From positions 67,049 through 131,048 of the forward strand of contig CAWFGH010000012.1 of NCBI GenBank assembly GCA_963815255.1: a stretch of 64,000 nt of DNA. Direction: 5' to 3'. Below the pieces are notes generated by a model, which made no database searches, was not told the origin of the DNA, and worked only from the letters and a program-made list of their open reading frames with translations. The stretch's first letter is position 1. Every line of letters begins with the position of its first letter. The translations under genes were made by a program, and so were the position numbers. Shown piece after piece: positions 55,021 to 64,000 of this stretch. The DNA comes from an uncultured delta proteobacterium (GTDB taxonomy: Bacteria; Desulfobacterota; Binatia; Binatales; Binataceae).

Positions 55021-55260
55021 AACGACGTTAAAAGGGAAACGAGCTCAGGCAACCTATGGGCGAGGGCTCAGAAAAAAAAGCCAAACGATCTCAGACAGCG
55101 AGTGCGCGAGCGCTCAAAAGTGAAGTGCTAATTACTCGTAATTTGGGCAGAGGCTCAGAAAAAGGCGGGCTCAGAAAAGGAGACGATCTCACAGCTGTGG
55201 GCGACGCCTCGACAGGGAAGAGCCAATTACTAGCGAGCGCACTCCAGCGTCACCAGGACT

Positions 55261-58200
55261 CTAACGCAGCATCACCGACGCCGGGGCGAGCGTGTGCTCA
55301 ACCGCGGCGACGAACTCGTCGGTCGGCGCGACGCGATAGCTGTCGCCGAGCAGAAAGATCGCCTCGTGCGCATCATCCAACGCCAGATGCAAATAGGTTA
55401 TCGCGCGCCCGCTATGGCGTCCGAGCACCGCCTTCAGTTCCTCCAGCGCGCCGTTGGCCAGACGCTCGCGCGGCGCCGTGATATGCACCTCGCGCACCGC
55501 GTCGATCAGCGCCGTGCCGAGCGGCCGCATCTCGTCGAGGATCACCTGCGCGCGCTCGTCGTCGACGTCCAGCTTGCCGCGCGCCACCACCGGTTCGTCG
55601 CCCATGATCAGCGCTTCGTGCTTCTGATAGGTCTCCGGCCATGCGATCACTTCCACCGCGCCCTCGCGGTCCTCCAGCGAGAACGTCGCATAGCGCTTGC
55701 CGGCCTTGTTGTTCTTGAGCTTGGCCGCCTGCACCACGCCCGCGATGCGCACCTGGCTGCCGTCGGGCAGCGAGGTCAAATCCGCGGTCGAGACGCCGCC
55801 GAGCCGGCGCAGCTCGCGGTCGTATTTGTCGAGCGGATGCGCGGTGATGTAGAAGCCGAGCGCCTCCTTCTCGTTGCGGAGCATCTCTTTCTGATCCCAC
55901 TCCGCTACCGGATCGCGCGGCGGCGGCAGCGCCTGGGGCCGCGCGGCGGCGCCGAATAATCCGTGCTGGCCCTTGGCTGTGTCGCTCTCGGACTTCTGCG
56001 CGACCTTGAGCGCGTCCTCGACGATCGCCATGAGCGGCGCGCGCGAGGGTGAGATCGAATCGAACGCCCCGCACTTGATCAGCGCTTCGAGTACGCGGCG
56101 GTTGACCAGCTGGGTGCCGACGCGCAGACAGAAATCCAGCACGTCCTTGAACGGGCCGCCGCTTAGGCGCACCGAGATCATCGCCTCGGCGCTCTTGCTG
56201 CCCACGCCGCGGATCGCGCCCAGGCCGAAGCGGATCGCGTCGCCCGAGACCGTGAACTTCACTCCGCTGTGGTTGACGTCGGGCGGCAGCAACGCGATAC
56301 GCATCTCGCGGAGCGCGGCGATGTTCTTGTAGGACTTGTCGACGTCGTCCATGTCGAGCGACATCAGCGCCGCCATGAACTCGTGCGGATAGTGCGCCTT
56401 CAAGTACGCAGTGGTGTAAGTAGTCAGCGCGTAGGCGGCGGCGTGCGAGCGATTGAAGCCGTAGGAGGCGAAGGTTTCGATCTTCTCGAAGATCGATTTG
56501 GCCAGCGCGGGCTCAAGACCGTTTTTCTTCGCGCCGTCGAGAAAGCGTGCGCGCTCGCGCTCCATTTGCGCCTTGTTCTTCTTGCCCATCGCGGCGCGCA
56601 GGATGTCGGCTTCCTCCAGCGTGTAGCCGGCCAGCGCCTGCGCCGCGCGCATCACCTGCTCCTGGTAGATGATCACGCCGTAAGTGTCGCGCAGCACCGG
56701 CTCGAGCAGTTGATGGTCGTACTCGACCGGCTCCTTGCCGTGCTTGCGCTTGATGAACGGATCGACCATCCCGGAGTCCAGCGTGCCGGGGCGGAACAGC
56801 GAGATAGCCGCGATCACGTCCTCGAAATTCGAGGGCTTGAGCTCGGTCAGGAAACGGCGCATCCCCGACCCTTCCATCTGGAATACGCCGACCGTGTCGC
56901 CGCGCGCGAGCAATTTGTAGCTATCGGGGTCGTCGAGCGGCAAGCGGTTCAAATCCGGCGGCTCCTTGCCGCCGGCGCGCACCAGGTTGAGCGTCTCCAC
57001 TATGAGGGTCAGGTTCTTCAGCGCGAGGAAGTCGAATTTGATGAGGCCGATCTCCTCGACCCCCTTCATCGAGTACTGCGTAATCGCCATCGCGCCGTCG
57101 ATGCGTTCCTTGTCAGCGTAAAGCGGAACGACCTCGGCCAGCGGAACGTCGGAGATGACCACGCCGGCCGCGTGGCGCGAGGCATGACGCAGCAGCCCCT
57201 CGAGCTTGAAGGCGTACTCGAAAAGATCGGGATGGCTCTCGCGTTCCGCCCTAAGCCGCGGCTCCATCTCGAGCGCCGCGCTTAATGGGAAGTCGCGGCC
57301 CTGCTTGGGCGTCGGATAGAGCTTGACGATGCGATCGGTCTCGGCGAACGACAGCCCGAGCACGCGGCCGACGTCGCGGATGGCCTGTTTGCCCTTGATC
57401 GTGCCGAAGGTGATGATCTGCGCGACCCGGTCGGCGCCGTATTTCGCGCGCACGTAGTTGAGCACCTCGTCGCGCCGCTCGAAGCAGAAGTCGACGTCGA
57501 TATCGGGCATCGACTTGCGTCCCGGGTTGAGCCATCGCTCGAACAGCAGCTTGTGCTCGATCGGGTCGACCTCGGTTATCCTGAGCGCGTAGGAGACCAG
57601 GCTGCCGACCACCGAGCCGCGGCCCGGTCCGACCGGGATACCCTGACTGCGGGCGTAGTCGATAAAGTCGGCGACGATCAGCATGTAGCCCGAAAAACCC
57701 ATCTCGCGGATGACCGGCAATTCGCGGCCGAGACGCTCGTAGTAGGGCGCCTCGTCGAATTCGCCGCGGCGCGCGTGTATTTCAGCGAGCCGCGCGCCGA
57801 GCCCCGCTTTCACCCGCGCTTCGAGTACCTGGTCGAGATCGTCGGGCGGCGCGTCCTGGTAAATCGGGAAATGAAACTTGCCGAACTCGAACTCGAAGTC
57901 GACCCGCCGCGCGATCTCCATCGTGTTGCGGAATTCCTCGGACTCCGCGCCGAACGCCTTGGCCATCTCCTCGGGCGTCTTGACGTAAAGCTCGTCGGTA
58001 TCGAAGCGCCATCGCGATTCGTCGGCGAGCGTCTTGCCGGTCTGGATGCAGAGCAGGACTTCATGGGCGCGCGCGTCGCCGCGATGCAGGTAGTGGCAGT
58101 CGTTGGTGGCGACCAGCGGCAGGCCGGCGGTGCGGCCGATCTCGCGTAGCGCGTCGTTGAGCGGCGCGTGCAGTCGATTGTCCTGCAGTTCGAGGTAGAA

Positions 58201-58722
58201 GCGGTCCTTGAAAATGCGCGCGTAGCTCTCGGCCGCCTCGCGCGCCTTGTCGATCCGCCCCGCGCGGAGCCATCGCGCAACCTCTCCCGAGAGACATCCC
58301 GAGAGCGCGATGATGCCCTCGTTGAGCTCGGTGAGAATTTCCTTGTCGATGCGCGGCTTGTAGTAGAGCCCCTCCTGGTAGGCCGCGCTCAGCAGGCGGC
58401 AGAGATTGCGATAGCCGGTGCGCGAGGCGGCGAGCAGGATCAGATGGAAGTTGCCGCCGCCGTCGAAATCGTCGCCCTTGGGCACCTGTGAGCGATCGGT
58501 GCGCTTGCCCGGCGCGACGTAGGCCTCGCATCCGATGATCGGCTTGATCCCGTGTTGGGTGGCTTTGCTGAAGAACTCGACCGCGCCGAACATGTTGCCA
58601 TGGTCGGTGATAGCCATCGCGGACATGCCGGAGGCATGCGCGTGCTCGAGCAGCGGTTCGATCTTATTGGCGCCATCGAGCAGGCTGTACTGAGTATGAA
58701 CGTGGAGATGGGCAAAGCTCAT
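55261..58722 (-). CDS. dnaE: DNA polymerase III alpha subunit
   Basis: MSFAHLHVHTQYSLLDGA.. PHP domain, ..GPGRGSVVGSLVSYAL.., ..PDIDVDF.. and an OB-fold C-terminus; 1153 aa from ATG 58722. Confidence 0.95.
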   Translation of the reverse strand: MSFAHLHVHTQYSLLDGANKIEPLLEHAHASGMSAMAITDHGNMFGAVEFFSKATQHGIKPIIGCEAYVAPGKRTDRSQVPKGDDFDGGGNFHLILLAASRTGYRNLCRLLSAAYQEGLYYKPRIDKEILTELNEGIIALSGCLSGEVARWLRAGRIDKAREAAESYARIFKDRFYLELQDNRLHAPLNDALREIGRTAGLPLVATNDCHYLHRGDARAHEVLLCIQTGKTLADESRWRFDTDELYVKTPEEMAKAFGAESEEFRNTMEIARRVDFEFEFGKFHFPIYQDAPPDDLDQVLEARVKAGLGARLAEIHARRGEFDEAPYYERLGRELPVIREMGFSGYMLIVADFIDYARSQGIPVGPGRGSVVGSLVSYALRITEVDPIEHKLLFERWLNPGRKSMPDIDVDFCFERRDEVLNYVRAKYGADRVAQIITFGTIKGKQAIRDVGRVLGLSFAETDRIVKLYPTPKQGRDFPLSAALEMEPRLRAERESHPDLFEYAFKLEGLLRHASRHAAGVVISDVPLAEVVPLYADKERIDGAMAITQYSMKGVEEIGLIKFDFLALKNLTLIVETLNLVRAGGKEPPDLNRLPLDDPDSYKLLARGDTVGVFQMEGSGMRRFLTELKPSNFEDVIAAISLFRPGTLDSGMVDPFIKRKHGKEPVEYDHQLLEPVLRDTYGVIIYQEQVMRAAQALAGYTLEEADILRAAMGKKNKAQMERERARFLDGAKKNGLEPALAKSIFEKIETFASYGFNRSHAAAYALTTYTTAYLKAHYPHEFMAALMSLDMDDVDKSYKNIAALREMRIALLPPDVNHSGVKFTVSGDAIRFGLGAIRGVGSKSAEAMISVRLSGGPFKDVLDFCLRVGTQLVNRRVLEALIKCGAFDSISPSRAPLMAIVEDALKVAQKSESDTAKGQHGLFGAAARPQALPPPRDPVAEWDQKEMLRNEKEALGFYITAHPLDKYDRELRRLGGVSTADLTSLPDGSQVRIAGVVQAAKLKNNKAGKRYATFSLEDREGAVEVIAWPETYQKHEALIMGDEPVVARGKLDVDDERAQVILDEMRPLGTALIDAVREVHITAPRERLANGALEELKAVLGRHSGRAITYLHLALDDAHEAIFLLGDSYRVAPTDEFVAAVEHTLAPASVMLR

Positions 58723-59750
58723 CGGGAACGTAACCTCCTCCTCGCAACAACCACCGTCGCCGGCGGGAGGCCGCCGCCTTTGGCGGCGGCCTCCCGCCGG
58801 CTGGCCCGCCACGCGGCCTGGATTCTGGCCGCGCTACGCGGCCGGAATCCAGGCCGCGCTTTCCGAAGCGCCGCTACGCGCGCGCAACGCGCGTAGCGGC
58901 CATGCGCCAGCGGCGCGTCGCGCCGCTGGCAGTGCGTCGCCCGAGCGGGACGCGCGCGTCGCGCGCGCGTCCCGCTCGGGCGCGCGGCGCGCGTCAGCCC
59001 TTCTTCTGGCCGCCGCCCTTGTCGGCGGCGGCTTCTTTGGCGCTCGCCCTCCTTGGCAACGCCCTTGGCGCCTTCCTTGGCGCCCGCCTCGGCGGCGGCG
59101 CCCGCCGCTGGTGCGGCTGCCGCACCTTCGGCACCTTCGGCGCCTTCGACTGGCGCGGCCTCGGCTGCGGCGGCGACCGGCGCCTCGGCGACGGTCGGCG
59201 GCAGCACAGTGACCACCGGGTAATCGGTATCGAAAATCGGCTTGAGGTTGCCGGGGAAGGTTACCGCGGAGACATGGATCACGTCATGGATGTTGAGCCC
59301 GCTCACGTCGACCTCGACCGCGTCGGGAATCTCCAAGGGCAGACATTCGACCTCGACCTCGCGCACCAGCGGCTGCAGGATGCCGCCCTCGGCGACGCCG
59401 GGCGCCTTACCGACGAAGCGCAGGGGTACCTCGACTCGGATCGGCTGCGTGAGATCGACCTCGTAGAAATCGGCATGGACGAAGGCCCCACTGACCGGCG
59501 CGCGTTGAATCTCCTTGACGATGACGTGGCGGTCGTTGAGCTCGGGCGAACTCGATTTGAGCCGCATCAGGCGCTGGCGGGCGCTGGCCGAGACGCGCGA
59601 GCGCAGCTCTACGCTGCTGATCGCGATCGGGGTGGCCTGGGTCTTGGGTCCGTAGAGAACCGCCGGGATACGGCCTTCGTGGCGCAGTCGACGGCGGCGG
59701 CTCTTGGGCCGCGTCTCTCTGATTTCGGCGGCCAGTTCGACAGTCTCCAT
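58719..59750 (-). CDS. rplY: 50S ribosomal protein L25 / general stress protein Ctc. The literal ORF is given; the last 270 nt or so are probably not coding.
   Basis: METVELAAEIRETRPKSRRRRLRHEGRIPAVLYGPK.. and a beta-barrel Ctc C-domain, then an Ala/Glu/Gly/Lys tail. After ..AKGVAKEGE the literal frame runs Arg-rich through the hairpin array to 58719. The adjacent frame gives ..AKEAAADKGGGQKKG* with a stop at 58993-58995. Confidence 0.8.
   Translation of the reverse strand: METVELAAEIRETRPKSRRRRLRHEGRIPAVLYGPKTQATPIAISSVELRSRVSASARQRLMRLKSSSPELNDRHVIVKEIQRAPVSGAFVHADFYEVDLTQPIRVEVPLRFVGKAPGVAEGGILQPLVREVEVECLPLEIPDAVEVDVSGLNIHDVIHVSAVTFPGNLKPIFDTDYPVVTVLPPTVAEAPVAAAAEAAPVEGAEGAEGAAAAPAAGAAAEAGAKEGAKGVAKEGERQRSRRRQGRRPEEGLTRAARPSGTRARRARPARATHCQRRDAPLAHGRYARCARVAALRKARPGFRPRSAARIQAAWRASRREAAAKGGGLPPATVVVARRRLRSR
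58760..58980. repeat. array of five consecutive perfect GC-rich hairpins
   Basis: H1 58760-58800: 19-bp stem, 3-nt loop. H2 58813-58857: 13-bp outer and 7-bp inner stems. H3 58870-58900: 13-bp stem, 5-nt loop. H4 58906-58930: 11-bp stem. H5 58940-58980: 19-bp stem, 3-nt loop. All verified base by base. Confidence 0.9.
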
Positions 59751-59852
59751 CACGTCCTCACTTAAATATTGGTCGGCTTGAATATCGGCGTAAATCATTC
59801 GGGATGAATCAGTTCGGCGCAAATCGGATCGGAAATCGGTTTAACCCGTCTC

Positions 59853-60812
59853 TCAATTGAAAAGCGAGCTGACCGACTCTTCATTATGTATGCGCCGGAT
59901 GGCTTCCGCTATAAGGCTCGCGACCGACAGCACTTTGAGCGAGCCGAGTTCCGCCTGCGCCTTGGCGCGCAGCGGGATAGTGTTGGTGGTGATCACTTCC
60001 TTGATATTCGACTTGTTCAGGCGCTCGCAGGCCGGGTCGGACAGGATCGGATGGGTCGCGCAGGCCAGCACTTCGTTCGCGCCGGCGTTCATCACCACCT
60101 TGGCCGCCTCGGTAATCGTGCCGGCGGTATCGATCATGTCGTCGACCAGCAGCGCCGAGGAGTCGCGCACTTCGCCGACCAGTTGCATCTCGGCCACCTC
60201 GCTCGCGCGCGGGCGGCGTTTGTCGATGATCGCGAGGTTGGCGTTGAGCCGCCGCGCAAACGCGCGCGCCCGCTCCACGCCGCCGGCGTCGGGCGAGACC
60301 ACCGAGACGCGGCGGCCCTCCAGGCGCTTGCGCAGGTACTGGATCAGCACCGGCATCGCGTACAGGTTGTCGACCGGGATATTGAAGAAGCCCTGGATCT
60401 GGCCGGCGTGGAGATCGACGGTGAGCACGCGCGAGGCGCCGGCGGCGGTGACGACGTCGGCGACCAGCTTGGCGCTGATCGGCACGCGCGGGGCGACCTT
60501 ACGGTCCTGGCGCGAATAGCCGAAATAGGGAATCACCGCGCTGATGCGTTTGGCCGAGGCGCGCCTGAGCGCGTCCATCAGCAACAGCAGTTCCATCAGG
60601 TTGTCGTTGGGCGGAGTGCAGATCGACTGGAGCACGAAGCAATCGCCGCCGCGCACGTTCTCGCGCACCTCGACCATCACCTCGCCGTCCGGGAAGCGGC
60701 CGACTTCGGCCTCGCCCAGCCGCACGCCGAGATGCTCACACACCTCGCGCGCCAGCGCCGGATTGGAGCTGCCGGTGAAGATCTCCAGTTCGTCTTTCGC
60801 CCGCTCAGGCAT
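59853..60812 (-). CDS. prs: ribose-phosphate pyrophosphokinase
   Basis: ..[16 protein letters not shown].., ..[13 protein letters not shown].., ..[14 protein letters not shown].., ..[12 protein letters not shown]... Confidence 0.93.
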   Translation of the reverse strand: MPERAKDELEIFTGSSNPALAREVCEHLGVRLGEAEVGRFPDGEVMVEVRENVRGGDCFVLQSICTPPNDNLMELLLLMDALRRASAKRISAVIPYFGYSRQDRKVAPRVPISAKLVADVVTAAGASRVLTVDLHAGQIQGFFNIPVDNLYAMPVLIQYLRKRLEGRRVSVVSPDAGGVERARAFARRLNANLAIIDKRRPRASEVAEMQLVGEVRDSSALLVDDMIDTAGTITEAAKVVMNAGANEVLACATHPILSDPACERLNKSNIKEVITTNTIPLRAKAQAELGSLKVLSVASLIAEAIRRIHNEESVSSLFN

Positions 60813-60925
60813 CGAGGCCCCTCCGGCCACGCCAAAATCGCGACTCTTCTCTCATCGTGTCCCCGCCGTCGTCACTCGCGTTCACGCCGATTTTCCCGCA
60901 CTCCCGCGAGCGGCCAAAAAATTGA

Positions 60926-61001
60926 TGGCTGGGCGGGAAGGATTCGAACCTTCGAATGCCAGGTCCAAAGCCTGGTGCCTTACCAGCTTGGCGACCGCCC
61001 A
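60926..61001 (-). tRNA. tRNA-Gln (anticodon UUG), CCA encoded
   Basis: Minus strand: TGGGCGG TC GCC AAGCTGGTAA GGC A CCAGG CTTTGGA CCTGG CATTC GAAGG TTCGAAT CCTTC CCGCCCA G CCA. The cloverleaf folds by hand and parallels E. coli tRNA-Gln. Confidence 0.9.
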
Positions 61002-61332
61002 GCACGGGCCGTGTCCCTTCCATCCGCTCATACTGAAGGGCCATCGAGCATAGCACAGGCCCATGACGCGGGCCGCTCGCGCTGAGGTTCGGCGCACCGC
61101 CGAGCCGTCCGCCGCCGCCGGGTCATTCGATCAAGCTGTGACGCGAAACTGTTGCCAGCGGATCGGCCCAAACTATTGGCCGCAGCGCGCGGCGCGCGGC
61201 GGCTTTGTGACAGGGATGTTAATTGATGGTGTTTTTGGGTGTCAATCGCGGCTTTCGACTAATTCCACAAGTTGCGGTATTGGGCAAAGGATCTACCGGT
61301 GGCAGGATGGGCGGCCCGCATTGCGGTATAAT

Positions 61333-62247
61333 TCAAAAAAGCGAATTTACGACGTAATATCGTGCCTGTGGATGATTCTGACGCATCATGCTAGCGGCTT
61401 GATCAGCCGCCTTCGCGCTGGGGAAAATTCCAAAGACCGCGCCTCCGCTGCCCGACATCGACGCACCCTCCGCTCCGGCCGCAAGCAGCGCCGAGCGGAG
61501 TTGCGCGATTTCCGGATATCGCGCCATCGCCGCCGCCGCCAGATCGTTTTGAAGCATCGCGGGTCTGATTGCTCCCGAGGCAATGGCGTGCAGATGCTCC
61601 GTTGGCGCGGCGCCGCTCCATTGTTCGGGCGAGAGCGCGCGGAAGACCTCGGCGGTCGAAACCTCGACCGGCGGCACCGCGATTACCATCCATAATGGAG
61701 CTTGCCATAGTGGCGCGCGCTCGCCCGACGCATCGATTTCAAGCGGCGCGATACGCTCGCCCACGCCGCCGACGTGCGCGACATGCGGATCGAGGAAAAA
61801 CGGGACGTCGGCGCCGAGTGCGAGCGCGACCTGGGCAAGCCGCGACAGGTCGTCGACACGGCATAACGCGGCCATCATGCGTAGCACCGCGCCGGCATCG
61901 CTCGAGCCGCCGCCGAGGCCCGCCCCTACCGGAATTTCCTTGCGCAAATCGATCGCGACCTCGCGCGGACGATGAATCTCGGTGCCGAACTCGCCGAGGA
62001 ACGCGTCGGCGGCGCGCCATGCCAGGTTTTTTTCGCCCGCGGGGATATCGGTGCAATCGCAATGCAGAGCGATCGTCGTATCGGCGGCGCTTCGCGGTTC
62101 CACGCGAATTTCCACCCGCACTTGGTCGCACAGCGAGACCGGGACAAAAACCGAATCGAGCTCGTGATAGCCGTCGGCCCGCCGCCCGACGACGCGCAGG
62201 AAGAGATTTATCTTGGCCGGGGCCGGCTCAGCGAGCAGCTTGACCAT
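61333..62247 (-). CDS. ispE: 4-(cytidine 5'-diphospho)-2-C-methyl-D-erythritol kinase
   Basis: ..APAKINLFLRVVGRRADGYHELDSVF.., GHMP motif ..PVGAGLGGGSSDAGAV.., ..MSGSGGAVFG... Confidence 0.9.
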   Translation of the reverse strand: MVKLLAEPAPAKINLFLRVVGRRADGYHELDSVFVPVSLCDQVRVEIRVEPRSAADTTIALHCDCTDIPAGEKNLAWRAADAFLGEFGTEIHRPREVAIDLRKEIPVGAGLGGGSSDAGAVLRMMAALCRVDDLSRLAQVALALGADVPFFLDPHVAHVGGVGERIAPLEIDASGERAPLWQAPLWMVIAVPPVEVSTAEVFRALSPEQWSGAAPTEHLHAIASGAIRPAMLQNDLAAAAMARYPEIAQLRSALLAAGAEGASMSGSGGAVFGIFPSAKAADQAASMMRQNHPQARYYVVNSLF

Positions 62248-62321
62248 GCTTGCATTCCTGAAATCATCGGAAGGTGAGACTGCGCCACGGGCAAAGTGAC
62301 GCTGCACGTCCGCGCCGTTGG

Positions 62322-62735
62322 CTAGTGCGCGTGCGGCGGCGCGCTGCCGCCCAGGGTTGCCCGCAGCCTTCGATGGACGTGGCGGTTGTCGCGCTGGATT
62401 ATCACGATGAAGCCGACCAGCGTCAGCACCACGCCGGCCAGCACCAGCGCCTGCCCGGTGAGAAACGTCGCGTGATAGAAGTCCATCCGCGCGGTCGCGT
62501 AGGAGACTTGGCGCTGAGCGTTGGTGAACGGCGCCAGCACTTCGCGGTCGGTGTGCGGGTCGAGTTCGTCGAAGCTGCGGTAGGCCTCGTCGGCCGCGAC
62601 GTCCGTGGTGCCGACGACGATACGGCTATATTCCTGGGTGCGGGCGCGGCCGATTTCCCAATTGAACGCCCCGAGCACGATCAACGCGAGTCCGGTCACG
62701 ATTCGCCAGTCGGTGTAAACGTCAGGCAGTTTCAT
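62322..62735 (-). CDS. two-TM membrane protein of unknown function
   Basis: Hydrophobic segments IVTGLALIVLGAFNW and LTGQALVLAGVVLTLVGFIVII flank a soluble loop. No family recognised. Confidence 0.45.
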   Translation of the reverse strand: MKLPDVYTDWRIVTGLALIVLGAFNWEIGRARTQEYSRIVVGTTDVAADEAYRSFDELDPHTDREVLAPFTNAQRQVSYATARMDFYHATFLTGQALVLAGVVLTLVGFIVIIQRDNRHVHRRLRATLGGSAPPHAH

Positions 62736-62844
62736 CAGTATTTGGCTGCACAATATGCGCACTGCGGGCTCAAGACAACAAGGCAGGAAACAACCTTGAA
62801 CAGGCTGACGCGCCGTGCCGCGTGCGGCCTCAAATGCCTTTTAA

Positions 62845-63942
62845 TTGCGCCTGCGTTGCTCCAGCGGTTATCATCAATCCAGCAAACAGGGTAACCTTAC
62901 AGATCCGGTGGATAACACGCGTCTGAACTCACTGCTGGAGCGTTTTGCGGCTCGCGATCGCCTGGCCTTGGCTCGGCTGATCACGCTGGTCGAGAACCGC
63001 GCTGCCGTGGTCAGCACCGTGATGGAACGCATTTATTCCCGGGTCGGCCACGCCTACATTATCGGGGTGACCGGGGCGCCCGGCGCGGGCAAATCGACGC
63101 TCGTCAACCGCCTCATCGCCAAGTATCGCGCGCAGCGCAAGGAAGTCGGCGTGCTCGCGATCGATCCCTCGAGCCCCTTTTCCGGCGGCGCGGTGCTCGG
63201 CGACCGCGTGCGCATGACCGACCATTACCGCGACTCCGGCGTTTACATCCGCAGCCTCTCGACCCGTGGCAGTCATGGCGGACTGAGCCGCGCCGCGCGC
63301 GAGGTCGTAAAGCTGCTCGACGCCTTCGGCTTCGACATCATCATCATCGAGACCGTCGGCGTCGGCCAGACCGAGCTTTCGGTGATGGACCTTGCCGATA
63401 CCACCGTGGTCGTGACGGTGCCCGAGGGCGGCGACGGCGTGCAGGTGATGAAGGCCGGGCTGAATGAGATCGCCGACCTGTTCGTGGTCAACAAGGCCGA
63501 CCGCGAGGGCGCCGATCGGGTCAAGGCGGAACTCGAGCTGGGTGTACATCTGGGCCGCCAGGACGCCGGATGGCTGCCGCCGGTGGTGCTGACGCAGGCG
63601 GCGGCCGACCAGGGCATCGACGCGCTGATGGCGGCGATCGCGCGCCACGCCGAGTATGTCGCGGCCCATCGCAGTCCCGAGCGCGAGCGTGAGCGGCGGA
63701 CGCGCGAATTCGTCGAGGTGCTGAGCGCCGAGATGGAAGAGCGGGCCGCGCGCGCGGTCAAAAGCGGTGGCGTCAACGGCGTGGTCAGCGAAGTCCGCGC
63801 CGGAAGCCTCAATCCGTACACCGCGGCGCGCCGCGTGATCGAGGATCGCAAGGCGCTGGGCGAACTGCTCGCGGAAGGATCGGCGGCAGGATCTGCGGGA
63901 GGATCGCCGGAAGGATCGGCGGTCACGGCGCAACGCGATTAG
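62845..63942 (+). CDS. meaB: methylmalonyl-CoA mutase-associated GTPase MeaB (ArgK)
   Basis: ..IGVTGAPGAGKSTLVN.. P-loop, ..AIDPSSPFSGGAVLGDRVRM.., ..IIETVGVGQ.., ..VVNKADR... The true start may be GTG 62908. Confidence 0.88.
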   Translation: MRLRCSSGYHQSSKQGNLTDPVDNTRLNSLLERFAARDRLALARLITLVENRAAVVSTVMERIYSRVGHAYIIGVTGAPGAGKSTLVNRLIAKYRAQRKEVGVLAIDPSSPFSGGAVLGDRVRMTDHYRDSGVYIRSLSTRGSHGGLSRAAREVVKLLDAFGFDIIIIETVGVGQTELSVMDLADTTVVVTVPEGGDGVQVMKAGLNEIADLFVVNKADREGADRVKAELELGVHLGRQDAGWLPPVVLTQAAADQGIDALMAAIARHAEYVAAHRSPERERERRTREFVEVLSAEMEERAARAVKSGGVNGVVSEVRAGSLNPYTAARRVIEDRKALGELLAEGSAAGSAGGSPEGSAVTAQRD

Positions 63943-64000
63943 CCGCATATACGATGGCGACGCGAAACAACAAATCACATCAGGGTGCCGCGGCCGGACG

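Noticed and set aside
58719-58992. A genuine C-terminal Arg-rich domain of L25 overlapping the dnaE start
   Set aside because: The sequence is a read-through of five palindromic hairpins, and palindromes give open frames on both strands. An adjacent frame gives a natural stop at 58993.
60926-61001. Possibility that this tRNA is tRNA-Sec (selC), given the selB-selD operon in the window
   Set aside because: Normal 76-nt cloverleaf with a 7-bp acceptor stem, a short variable loop and anticodon UUG. It is tRNA-Gln in the conserved ispE-tRNA-prs-ctc context.

Overview
High-GC (visually about 65%) bacterial chromosomal window, mostly densely packed housekeeping and metabolic genes. All calls come from reading the sequence and the supplied ORF translations; no searches were run.

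Recognisable content:
- **DNA repair and replication:** an NHEJ pair (ku/ligD) and dnaE.
- **Conserved block:** ispE, tRNA-Gln, prs, L25 (ctc).
- **Sugar-phosphate cluster:** PPi-type pfk, class I aldolase, glk, fbp.
- **Redox and cofactor genes:** gor, trxB, moaC, meaB.
- **Selenium operon:** selB-selD. SelD is itself a selenoprotein whose in-frame UGA truncates it in the ORF track.
- **Transport and envelope:** an ABC importer, an APC permease and a GT2/GT39 envelope glycosylation pair.

The most system-like region is a co-directional seven-gene cluster at 9.9-20.5 kb:
- a vWA protein;
- a zinc-ribbon-FHA protein;
- a Hanks kinase with a C-terminal FHA domain;
- a zinc-ribbon / degenerate pseudokinase / PP2C fusion;
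- a transmembrane Hanks kinase with a duplicated ectodomain;
- a glycine-zipper membrane FHA protein;
- an unknown lipoprotein.

No output or effector gene for this cluster is recognisable. It is preceded by a 1-kb AT-richer non-coding region full of short tandem repeats.

Other notable observations:
- At least three families of palindromic, MITE/REP-like repeats. One copy is inserted in frame in the LigD interdomain linker. Another forms roughly 60-bp terminal inverted repeats around a frameshifted DUF559 gene.
- An array of five perfect GC-rich hairpins between the L25 gene and dnaE.
- Recurrent 13-20 bp tandem direct repeats in promoter regions.
- Three independent frame disruptions (porin, DUF559, L25 tail). 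These could be biological, or indel errors if this is a draft or MAG assembly.

Many long ORFs in the six-frame track are antisense or shadow frames of real genes and were not called.
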